Assembly: GCF_009834535.1 (NCBI RefSeq)
Contig: NC_045697.1
Location: 79,176,001-79,240,000, forward strand
DNA length: 64,000 bases
Origin: Camelus ferus
Lineage: Eukaryota
Direction: 5' to 3'
The position numbers were made by a program, and so were the translations under genes. The notes beneath the pieces were generated by a model. That model made no database searches, had not been told where the DNA came from, and worked only from the letters and a program-made list of their open reading frames with translations. Positions 37,120 through 49,319 of the stretch are shown piece by piece; position 1 is the stretch's first letter, and every line of letters starts with the position of its first letter.

Positions 37120-38936
37120 GTCAACTATACTACAAAGCTATAGTAATCAAAACAGTGTGGTCCTGGCACAAATACAGACACATAGATCATTGCAACAGAA
37201 TAGAGTCCAGAAATGAACCCATGCACCTATGATCAATCAATCTATGACAAAGTAGACAAGAATATACAATGGGAAAAAGACAGTTTCTTCAATAAGTTGC
37301 ATTGGGAAAACTGGACAGCTACATACAAAAGAATAAAACTATACCACCTTCTTATACCATATACAAAAATAGACTTAGAATGGATTAAAGACTTAAATTT
37401 AAGATCTGAAACCATAAAACTCCTGGAAGAAAACATAAGCAGTCCACTTTTTTTTTGTAATCTAATTTTTTTAAACCTTTTTTATTGAGTTATAGTCAGT
37501 TTACAATGTTGTGTCAATTTCCAGGGTAAAGCACAATTTTTCAGTTATACATGAACATACATATATTCATTGTCACATTCTTTTTCACTGTGAGCTACCA
37601 CAAGATCTTATATATATTTCCCTGTGCTATACAGTATATTCTTGTTTATCTATTCTACATATGCCTGTCACTATCTACAAATTTCGAACTCCCAGTCTGT
37701 CCCTTCACCCCCCCCCCCCTTGGCAACCACAAGTTTGTATTCTATGTCTATGAGTCTGTTTCTGTTTTGTAGTGGTCCACTTTTTGACACTGGTATTTGC
37801 AATATTTGTGTGGGTGTTGGAGGATCTGTCTCCACAGGCAAGGGCAACAAAAGCAAAAATAAACAAATGGGAGTACATCAAACTAAAAAGCTTTTGCAGA
37901 GCCAAGGAAGTCATCACTAATCAAAAAGGCAACATACTGAATGAGAGGAGATATTTGCAAATAATATGTCCAACAAGGAGTTTATATCCAAAATATACAA
38001 AGAATTCACACAACAAATATCAAAGAAACCAGACAGTCCAATTAAAAAATGGGCATAGGACTTAAACAGATATTCTTCCAAAGAAGATATATACAGATGG
38101 CCAACAGGCACATGAAAAGATTCTCAACACCACTAATCATCAGGGAAATGCATATCAAAACCACAATGAGATATCACCTCACATCTGTCAGAATGGTTAT
38201 TATCAAAAAAAGAACAACAAGTAACAAGTGTTGGTAAAGATGTGGAGAAAAGTGAATCTTTGTGCACAGTTGGAGGAAATGTAAATTGGTGCAGCCACTA
38301 TAGAAAACAGTATGGAGGTTCCTCAAAAAATTAAAACTAGAACTACCATATGATTCAAGAATTCTATTCCTGGGTATTGATATGAAGGAAACAAAAACAC
38401 GAATTTGAAGATATATTCACCCCAATGTTCATTGTAGCATTATTTACAATAACCAAGATACAGAAACAACATAAATGTCCATTGACAGATGAATGGATAA
38501 AGAAGAGAAATGAACTCTTTCCATTTATGACAACATGAATGGGCGTAGAGGGTATTATGCTATGTGAAATAAGTCAGAGAAAGATGAATGCTGTATGATT
38601 TTACTTATATGTGGAATCTTAAAAAGTGAACAAACAAAATAGAAAAGGACTTACACATACAGAGAACATACTGGTGGTTGTCAGGGGAGGGAGATGGGTA
38701 AAACAGGCAAAGGCAATCAAGAGGTACAAACTTCCAGTTATAAAATAAATAAGTCACTACAGGTAATGTATAACACAGGGAATATAGTCAATAATATTGT
38801 AATGACTTTTTATGGTGACAGATGGCAACTGGACCTACGGTGATCGTTTCATAATATATAAAAATATTGAATCATTCTGTTGCACACTTGGAACTGTTAT
38901 AGTATTGTAAGTCAATTGTACTTCAATTAAAAAAAG
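37120..38936 (+). mobile_element. 5'-truncated L1 (ORF2 3' end and 3' UTR)
   Basis: ORF fragments ([41 protein letters not shown]...TTMRYHLT) are L1 ORF2; ends cttcaattaaaaaaa. Confidence 0.93.
37453..37770 (-). mobile_element. Younger L1 3' end inserted antisense into the older L1
   Basis: Poly-T start, L1 3' UTR motifs; flanked by agcagtccacttttt / agtggtccacttttt. Confidence 0.8.
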
Positions 38937-41156
38937 ATTTTAAATCAGTAATATCTAAATTAGGCAAAGTAATTTCTAATATGTGCTTTATTTTATTACT
39001 GTTTCTGTTTGTGTAAAACCACTAAAAACATTTTTAATAGATTATTTTAGTTTTACTATTGATTTTACTTGTTTTATTGTTACTCAATTTCAAAGTTTAA
39101 ATAGAGTAACAATAGCATTTATGGAAAAACATGAACATCATTCATTGAAAATGTCTTTGCTATTTAAAGAAATATAGTAGAACTTTATGTGCTGAAAGTT
39201 TACTAGATATTATAGAAAGAGGTTTATAAAATATCCTCATCTCAGGCTATGATTTCTCAAAAAAACAAGGGAATTACTAAAAGCGTGTGTGAAAATACTT
39301 CAGCCAAAATCACATCAGGCTGAAGAAATGAAGGATTCCAGCATGTGCCAACATCACACATGTGCTGATGAGAACACACCTCCCGGAAATAGCTTTGGGG
39401 ACCCTTTTATTTGCAGGTTTCCTTTTCAGAGAGGAATAAAATAATTTTAATTTTGGTTTTGATGTGATTGTGTCATTTTGACAAACCCATTCTTTGATTC
39501 TGAAGTTTCGAAAATTGTCTCTTGCGCTCAGAACTGCTGGTGAACTGTTAACATCTTTTAAATTAGACAGAGTGTGGTTAAACTTCTTTCCTGTGAATTT
39601 AATGAAGGAAGGCTTTGGATGGCTTTAAAACTTGGTTAACTTCACTTAATACAGCCAAATGCTGTGAGTGTTGCTGAGTATAGAAGCTAAATGCTTTCTG
39701 GAGGGCTAAAGTATTCCTAGGCTACAAATTTGAGAGATTAAAAAGAACCCTTAGAGAAATGGTACCCCGAAAGTCAGGCCAGAATTATTTATCAAAGGAA
39801 AACAGAAGAAAACACTAGGCGTGTATATTACTGATACAAAAGAGAGAGAGATTTACTGTTTGAATTATCAGTGATGAATCATTTAATTTGAAAATAACAT
39901 GAAATGCCCACAATCCAATGTATTTCTGTCTAGCTTTGAACAATTTGAAATTTCCAAATTGTATTAATGTTTAACAATAAAGTAAAATTCTGTCTTAGCT
40001 CTCATATTCAATTGATGGTGCCCCCTTCAGTAACTGTTCCCCTTGCTATCACCACGCCCACCTCCACAATATAGGTTTCAACATAATTTCTAATTCAGGT
40101 CTTTCCTTGTTTGGAACTACAAAAATATTTGTCCATGGAAAGAATCCTAAAAACAGTTTTTAGATACTTCCACAAGCCCACAATTAAGCTGATGTACCTG
40201 AAAATCTACTGTATTTCACTTAAAATAAAAAATAGAGAAAGCTAATTTATGGAAATACAATCACGTACTATAGGAAAAAATTTAAATTATTGCTTGTTTG
40301 TGTTGCTTGATGGTAACTGGGTTATATGATACTTGCCTTCTGCTCAATGTACTCTAAGCACCTTGGATACAGATTCATCTAATTCTCCCCTGCCCAGCTC
40401 AGATGTTCAGATTTGGAATAACCCAGGAATGCCCCACATCAGGGCTGATGCTCTCTGCCAACCAGTGAAAACATTCAGAATCTACTGAGATAACTCAGCT
40501 CTTTTATCATAATCCCCTAAATGGGGCTCAGGAGAAGGCCCAAAGTGTTGAGATGGAAATGAAGAAAAGCTAGTCTGGACTTCTCTTTCTCCCTGTTCTT
40601 GGGGTTAAGCAACTGCAATGGAAACAGTTTAGACGTATGTGGAAAGGTCTGCTGGATGCACCACTAGAGAAAAACCAAAGTGCAGAACAAAAATGCTACG
40701 TTTGTGGGAGAAGAAAAAAGTTTGTAAATGCACAAACTATCTGCAAAGAGATTCAAGAAATAGAACTGTAATATTGGTTAATCTGAGAAAAAGAATTTGA
40801 GAGAGGGCAGAAGGTGGAGGTAGGAGATATATTTCACTGTGTATTTTTTCAAAATGTTTGGATTTTTCTCTCATTTGCATGCATTATGGTTACACACACA
40901 TTAAACAAATTCTTTTAAAAGCTTTTTTAGGAAGAGCCAAGTGAAAGAAGTCTCCTGAGAGAAAGGTCTCAATGCTTTGATGCCTCAACATTTTTCACAT
41001 GATGGAGGACTGCAATAAAATCCAGGCCCTTGAGAGAGCGATCAGATGGTGAGGAGAAAACTGGAGCCCCCCAGAGGCAGGACACCTGGAGGCTGGAGGG
41101 AGAGGAGGAGTCAGCCTGTTTTGAGCCATCTGTTCTGCCCCTCCCTGGAAGCAGTT

Positions 41157-41900
41157 GTGGGGAAGTTGCTGATAGGCAGGACTTTAGGGTGGCCCCCAAG
41201 ATTCCTACCCCCTGGTGTACACAATTTGTACAATTCCTTGAGTGTGGGCAGAATCTGTGACTGTGATAGGATATCACTCCTGTGACCAGGTTTCTAATCA
41301 ATTATCTGGGAACTCTAGGGAGATTATCAGGTTGGGCCAGACCAAATCACATGAATCCATAAAAGGGCCAAGCCCTTCAGGAAGTCAGAAACACCACTCC
41401 TGCTGGCCTGGAAGCAAACATCCATGTCAAGGACTGCCTACAGAGAAACATATGGCAAGGGACTGTGGTTGACATCTATGAGCTGAGAGTGGTCCCCTGA
41501 CAACAGCTACCAAGAAAATGGGAACCTTGGTCCTATATCTGGAATTCTGTCAACAACTTCCAGCCTTGCCGGAGACCACTCCCTGCCCCAAGCCTCGGGT
41601 GAGAACCGCAGCAGTGTTCTCAGCTAGAATGTGCCCAGATTGCTGTCTGACCAAACACTGAAATTATAAATGGGTGCTGGTTTTTGTGTTTTTGTATATC
41701 ATAGAACCTTTATTACTTTTCCTCTAGATTCTTCAATACTTATAAAATGTCCATGCTCTAGTGATGATATCATTTTATGGACATTTAGAATGTCTTCATT
41801 TATACATATTTTACATTTGGTTCATAGAACAGATAATTTAATGAATGCTGTTTTAAACTGCTAAATTTATGGTAATTTTTATGCAACAATTGAACACCTT
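41157..41900 (+). mobile_element. MLT1-type MaLR LTR
   Basis: ggtggcccccaagattcctaccccctggtgtacac...gagctgagagtggtcccctgacaacagc...ctgctaaatttatggtaatttttatgcaacaat. Confidence 0.7.
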
Positions 41901-44429
41901 TTTGTTGTTGTTGTTAGAGGACCCCAATGAGTTATGAGAGACCTCAGTGGATCCTGACCCTGGAAACCCCGGTCATTCTTTGTGAGAGCCAGAGGCTAGG
42001 TAAGCAGGAAAAGAAGGGTCAGTTTTGGGGGGGTGCATTGTTTCTGCCTGTTTCATATCCTCCAAACCAAGTAGGTTAATCTTTGCCTCACTGAATCTAA
42101 ACTTTGTCATATAGTATTCATTTTCAGTAAAAATTAATGAATTAATTAATTAATTAATTTTTTAATAAAACCCCACAAGCCCCCAAACCTTCTTTGATAT
42201 TATATTTAAGTATTTAGGTTTCATTTGTTAATGCTTCTCCATTAATTTTTAAAACATAATAAATTACTAGCATCCTAACAAATAACAACTTTTTATACTG
42301 CTGAGAAGACCCACATTATTTAATTTATAATACAATCATTTCATTTTCTTATAAAATAAGTCTTTCCTCAGAAAAATGCCATACCTGGAATAAGTTCTCC
42401 TTCTGTCCTCCATCTCTGGTTCTTTCTTTATGTTTACCATCATTGTGCTGACAGCTACGGATGTAATTCTGAGAAGAAATTTCCGGAATGACATTCTGGC
42501 CATTATCCCCATAGAAATATCACTATTCCCAGCTTTTCTGGCTTCAAGTTTATAATATAATTAGTGATATAATAAAAGGGTTAAGCTGGTCTTGAGATCA
42601 TCTTGCTCCAACACTGAAGCCCTTTGGAAGGAATGTAACCTCCTCCAAAAATAGGCTCCACCTGAATATTTTATTTAGTCTAGGCTTAGATGGAGAGTCC
42701 CTTTCTACTCTACTTATTTATCTTACTAGGATTTTAGAAATATGCCATCTGCCTTCTGCCACCACTCCACTGAGTTTGTTCTTTTAAAGCTATACTTGAC
42801 CTACTTGCTGTGCCAACGGACACTTCTCTGTCCCCATCCTCCTTCACTTCTCTGCATCAGTTAGTACTGTTGACCCCTGCCTCTTCATTGAAATATGGCC
42901 CACCCATCCATCACTTCCCCCTACCTGGCTTTTAGGATGATAGGAGTATCAGTACCCTTTTCTCTCTTTCCATTCCCAAGTATCCAGTGCCCTTTTTATA
43001 GGCTCTAGAATATTTAGTCCTTTCCCCCAAGCACTGAATTTCTAACATTTTTGCTCATTTACCCTCAAACAGAATTTTCAAAAACAATAACTCTCTTACA
43101 CATTTTTAAGTTGATATTCATTTTTATCATCACTTTAAATGGTTGCAAAGGATCCAAGTCAGATGTTTAAAAACTCTTTTAGATGTATCCAATGAAAATT
43201 ATATATACTAATGATTTGATGTCCCCATCATCCACTTAAAAACACATGTACAAGTTCTTGTACATGTACAAGTTTAACAATTAGGAAGTTTATGTTATTT
43301 ATCTCCTTAAACTTTTATTCCACTTTCTCCATAGAATTTTCTTTTAATATTAATAATTTATATGATTAAATGTTTTTTCATCATACTTCTTTATAATAAA
43401 AACATGTGGATATTGAAATTTTAAAAATTTATTTCTTCTTGCCATAGACTCTAAGTATTAATTTTTTAAATATTGAGTTACACATTATAAGTATTATGAA
43501 TTTATATTTGATTAGAAAGAAAAATAAATGATATATTTTGGTGAATAATTAGTAAACAGAATAAACTTTTATGGAAAATGCATTTATCAATGAGATTTAT
43601 GGGGTTTTAAAAAATTAGTTCATGGTTGAATGTTTCAGTATGAATTTCATACTGAAAGAATAAACCAGTATTCTATTTTAAAAAAATGCATACAAAGAAA
43701 ACTCTTTACATGCATAAAAGGAGACAGAAAGAGTTTTGTTATACTAATATCATTTGGTTATCTCAACTTCTTCTAAGGTCATATATTAAGAATTACATAG
43801 TGATCTAGCATAAAAATTTTAAGTGATCTAAATACTATTTAGTACTTGAAATACTAAGTGGCTGAATAATTAAGTATTTCTTTTTTCTATTTTGTGGGGA
43901 AGTAGAGTTAGAAACCACCGGACTTGCCCAAGGATTTATTACCCAGTTATTAGAGTCATTCACTTTCTCATTTTTGGAGAAATATACCAGAAGGCTTTAC
44001 CAAGACTAATCAAATTACTACTAATGAAATCTCTTACTCCTTCACCCCAGAGGACACTTCTTTAACCCAGTAGGCACAGAAAGGACAGAGAACATTAAAA
44101 TATTGTTGACTTCAGTAACTTTTCCGATGAAATGTTGTTAAACATTTAAAGAAATCTTTTCATGTACTTCCGATTTTTTTCTCAAAATCTGGAGCCGCAG
44201 ATTTAGATTGAAGGGAGGTGTCCACTATGTAACACAGTTACAATCAGATTTTCTATGAGAAAAATTCTAACTTCACTTTTCCATTCAAAAAAACTTGGTA
44301 ATACAGGTGTTCTTGTGACAAGCAGCTAAATTCTGGCACAGTAATTCTAAAATAGATCGAGCGCTGAATAGAGCCATAACATTTTAGTTTGTCTTTTGAC
44401 AACAAATAAGAAACAGGATCATGTTCATT

Positions 44430-44700
44430 GTTTCCTACTTCCTACTTACATTCTCTTTCCTCGGCTCTCTGGGCACTGGCTCTCCATTCTGATTTAGTCC
44501 AAATAGGGCATTTTCTTGCACTTTCTTTAGAAGGAACTTTTCTGTAGTAATACAACTCCCAGAATACCTTTCACCACCACAGTTCCTAAAGGGGCGTGTC
44601 TTATGGTGCAGAACCGCTGAAAGTCCGGGGTTGAATTGCACAACCAAGTTCTGAGACAATAGCAGGCTGTTTTCTTTCAAAGTCCTACTTCCTGAAACGG
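44430..44700 (+). promoter_or_regulatory. ALPK1: ALPK1 proximal (non-CpG-island) promoter
   Basis: GGGGCGTG (Sp/KLF) 44591-44598, ATTGCACAA (C/EBP) 44635-44643, ACTTCCTG (ETS) 44687-44694, directly upstream of the exon-1-like sequence. Confidence 0.6.
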
Positions 44701-44809
44701 AGGCTGTTTATGAGAAACAGTTTATTTCAGGGAGGTTGTGCTATAATTAACTTTTTTTAGAGTTAGGTTTACTGATTTCAGAGTATTTTTCCTCTTCTTC
44801 AAGATAAAG
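44680..44809 (+). other. ALPK1: ALPK1 non-coding exon 1 (start approximate)
   Basis: CCTACTTCCTGAAAC...TTTATGAGAAACAG...AAGATAAAG|gtgagt resembles my recall of the human ALPK1 mRNA 5' end; strong donor at 44810; expected synteny next to TIFA. Confidence 0.75.
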
Positions 44810-46799
44810 GTGAGTATCAGCCTTTTAATGACAAAACGCAGTAGATGGGGGTGCAAAAGATGGCATAATTTTTAAGGAAATATTTTCTTAAATTGTCAGC
44901 CCGTTTCCACCTGTTCTCGCCTACATTTAAATAACTTTAGAGCTCCAGGAAGAATATTTGCATTTCTAAAAACTCCTCAGTATGGAGAAGGGAGGAGGGT
45001 GGTGAAGGACTACCTAAGCAGTAAAGTTACATTATTGGGAAGTGGAGAAAAGAAACCAGTTTTTTTTTTTTTAAGGTTTTAATAATAAAGTCCTCATGTC
45101 ATGGAGCTTGCTAGAGCTGCTATTGGACATCTGGCTTTATTTATCTCTTAATCAAGATGTTTGATTAAAAGAGTTGGCATTACTTAATTTGAAAATTTAA
45201 CCCCAGGATATTTGCCTGGAGTTCACAGGTGGTGATAACAGAAGCTATCACTTTTATGATGGGCTTAATTTTGCCAAGAAACAGATAGATAGGCTCTTAG
45301 AATCACTTTTCTCATTTGGAAAGAACTGGCCGGAATTCTGGATGTGGAGAAGTGTTATATATAGAGAAAATATCTAGGAAAACTTTGTGTTTCTATTTTA
45401 AAAAGTCCTTTCATTAACCAATTTTAGCATTTAAAGTTAAGGCTCTAGATGACTTAGGAAAGCCATAGCTTAAATCCTTTACAATTGTTTGGAATTTGCA
45501 GGTGGATAAGGGTACAAAGAGAGGCAGAATCAGATAGCAGGGTACTTATGTCACAACATAATGGCACCTCTGTTTGTAATATTTGCTTCTATCTCCCTCT
45601 TCCTTTTCTTTTTACTTATAAAACTAATACTCTTATGAAAAACAGTATCTGCTTTTGGTTGGCTAATACCTCCTTGTTAAGAACATTTTTAATTCATTAC
45701 ATGTAATCACTGTTGCTGGACAAGTCTATGCATAACACTTCAGCAAGGTCTCCACACCCTTCTGTTTCTCCTCTTTCCTCCTTGACCTCCAATTCAATTG
45801 AACTAAAAAGAGCATTATAACTATACCACAGAAGCTGTGCACCCCTAGGGGTAGGTGGTGTGTCAGCAGATTACATGTCTGTACAATGTGCATTACTTTG
45901 GGCAGTAGTGGGTGTAGGCTAATTTACCACTTCGAAGACACACCAGGCCTAAACACATGCCAAATCAAGTATACCCACTGACCAAAATAATTTACTTCTG
46001 TCTTCCCTCCTCCTCCATCCAAATCCTGTCAACCTGCAGCCTGAAGAGAAACAAAGTACTTAACATTATTCTAATAATTATTTACTCTTCATCTCAAATG
46101 TCTTTTTGAGTCTGAGATTAATTCTTCAAGTTCTTCCCCTGACAAGACAGGGGAATCTTAGACTATCCACTTGCGTGAGTAGGGAGCCAATAATTAGTTT
46201 AAACTTTAAAAAAAAAATTTAATTAAAAAAGTCATATGTAAATTATGATGGATATTCTAAATCTCACATAAAATAATACTGTTTAATGAGCATGACTGAC
46301 TTAAGAAACCATCTCCCCTGAAGTGCTATGTGATCTAAATACGCATTTCAAAATATTTCTAAACTTCCATGGCTTTACCCATTCTAAAATAATTTCACTG
46401 ATCCCTTTCCCAGAACACAACACATGTACTACTTTTACTGTCCCTTAATCTGTTTCAGAGAATAATGGCTTTTCAAAATAAAATCCTCATTGTAAATGCC
46501 TTTCTTTCCTGAAATGTTGTGTCTATGAGTTGAAGAATTTTAACAGGAATGTGCATTCAAGCTTTTGGTGTAAACTCATTCCATATTTCTGCTGTTGTAT
46601 TTGTTGCCTCCATATGGGGGACTCTGTTTCTTGTTATTGACAGTGACATCTACCGTTGCAGGATGTTGTGATTTACTTTGTTTATAGAGTTCTGTGGGAT
46701 AGACCAATTTAAAAGTAAGAATATTACCTGATGTCATCATTCTTCTATGTCTGAAGAACAGAAAGATGATCATAGCTTAAATATCAGCTACATATTAAT

Positions 46800-47086
46800 T
46801 TAATTTTCCCAAAGTATTGTGTACAAACTATTAATTTTAGGTGGCACACGTTCAAACTTTGAAAATTAGAGTTATGCTTAGTTTAATGTGCATTAAAAAT
46901 ATAATTAGCTTTTAAAGTCTGATTTCACGCATAATACTGCTCACGCAGCTGTTAAGTAAAAAGAAAGTGAACCAATTTACTATTGCCTTTAAGGGAATGA
47001 TTAAATAAATCCTATTACAGATAATATGGAGATATGGTAAAGACGGTGAAGGTAGCATGTGAATGACTAAAGTTTTGGAAATACTG
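46800..47086. mobile_element. Old hAT-type MITE
   Basis: Degenerate inverted ends tttcccaaagt ... agttttggaaatactg. Confidence 0.45.
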
Positions 47087-47178
47087 CCCTAAAGTGTTTG
47101 AGAAGTGGATATTTTGTAAACCAATGCAGTATCTATGAACTTCACTGGTCATTGGTGACAGAGCTCAACTGATAACAC

Positions 47179-47482
47179 TGTTACGGAAACGACAGGCCAG
47201 CCAAGAAACAAGCACCACTCGGAGGGTTGGAGTACTCAGATGTATTATGCCGGCGGGCTCAGAGGGGCTTCTGCTCCGAAGCTCTGAGCACCTCCAAGAT
47301 GTGCGCATGAGGTTTTATAGGGTAAAGTACAAGCTTGGGGTATTTGGCCAATAGGCATGGAACAGCTTTAGCAGCATCATTATCACAAAAGTGGAGGCAG
47401 GAGGCAGCAAACCAACATTCCAAAGCCAGATATATATCTTTGAAAATCCAGCTGGCTAGCAAAAAACATGAACAGCAAACCA
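47179..47482 (-). mobile_element. Short ERV1-like solo LTR
   Basis: TG...CA ends with exact 4-bp TSD ACAC (47175-47178 and 47483-47486); retains CpGs; minus-strand TATAAAA at 47319-47313. Confidence 0.7.
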
Positions 47483-49319
47483 ACACTAATTAACTTAGAT
47501 TTACAAGTTAGTCCAGCAGAACTCAGATCAGTATTCTAATACTTAGATTTGTGAGTTATCTTGTTAGCCCAGACCAGTTTTTCCTTCACAACACAATCTG
47601 TTGAATTTCCTAATTACAGATATACACAGTATTTGATAAAAAATGCCTTATCAAACTTTATTAGACCAGCAGTCCTCATGAAATGTCATAAAATTAAAGG
47701 GATGCAGAAGATAGCTAATATTTCTTGGAACAAGAATTATAAAGAAGGTGAATTATCCCGGAGTAAGCACTGTAGCTCCATTCTGCCCATTTCACTGAGA
47801 CGCTACTATCTCTAAAGTGGGGGTGGGGTTGGGGCTGAAGGGTAGGAGTTGGGGAGGGGATAGCAAACATCATCTAGGTCCAGGACCATTAACATATTCT
47901 GATATGTGCTGTTGGCCATTAAAATGGTCATATTGGTCATTTCTTTTGGGAAATTCATTCTAGGGAGGAAATAATTCAAAATACAGAGGAAATTCACAAA
48001 GATGTTCATCATAAAGTTATTTTTAATAACAGAATTGTGAGCGTTCTTACAAAGGGAAAAGGTTAAGCAAAATGATGGATGAAGACTAGTAGCAGTGTAG
48101 AAGATGCTAGGTGAAAAATAGATTTAGTATTGATTAACTATTGTAACTGCCTAACACACATATAAAATGGTGTAGATATGAATTTACAAATATTCTAAGA
48201 GTGTTGTCTTATAGTGGTATATTAATTGTTCCTTTTTCTCCCTTTTCTCTATTACTGTGTTTTTAATATGATATTTTTATATTGGCTTTTTATATTACTA
48301 TATAATATAGTTATTACTATATATATAGTTACTTTTTTAAGAAAACAGAATGCATTAAACCATGCTGCTAAACAGTAAGTAAAACTGTGCAGTCTTTGGA
48401 AAGTAAGACTTTACCTTCTCTTTATTTGACGTACAGGTAACTTCCTATTTGAAAGAAGAGGGGATTGACTCAGGGCCGGAACAAGCATGTGTGGCAGAAC
48501 CACAGAACATAGGAGGAATTACCAATTGAAACACTTCTAGTTGATTTTCTCGTGCTGCTTGTGCTTTACTTGATTGCTTCCGTGGCAATCATAGTTTTAT
48601 TGCACTCAGCTTATTCTTCTGTTTTGAAGAAAAGAAAAAAAGGGAAGGAATGGGGAAGAGGAGCTTTACCTGATATATGTGCTAATAGCTTCTTAGCTAG
48701 TTTCTTGTTCTTATGGATTCCCATAACCTAGATTCATGGATTTATGTCTGCACATATTGTACTTAGGTTCAATTTTGCCACATCACTGTATATACTCCTA
48801 TTGCACCTCAGAGTTTATTGTATCATTGGCTTACCCAGGAAGCTCTGCTTAGAATCTTAACTTCAGCCCAGCTAGTTACTATGGTATATGCTCCATTGGT
48901 GCATAATAAAGCACCAAAAAACCTACAAAATTGCCAGCGAAAGTCTTATCTATTTATAATTGTTGTTCTTTTCTGTAAAAAAAAAAAAAGTTTAGACCCT
49001 CATCATATTTCTGATGTCTGATGTGCACTTCCAAAAGTTATTTGATAAGAAATACTAGAAGCTGTTTGAACCGAGATTCCCTGCTACCCCCCAACTCCCC
49101 TCTTCCCAAGTGGGCAAGAGAAACTATAGGCAGATATGAGGAACTAGGTCGAGGCTTTCCAAGGCGCAGCTTGCCAGGCAGCTGAGAAGCAATTAGAAAT
49201 ACCCTTATCCTGCTAATTCTGGGCACGCAGGCTCCAGACTCTTAATGCAGATGAGGAAAACACCTCATCTTCCTTCCTCTCCTCAGGACCTTCCTGAGGG
49301 CACATTCTTGGAATATATT

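Noticed and set aside
37213..38237. Cluster of ORFs on both strands
   Set aside because: Fragments and antisense shadows of degraded L1 ORF2 and 3' UTR
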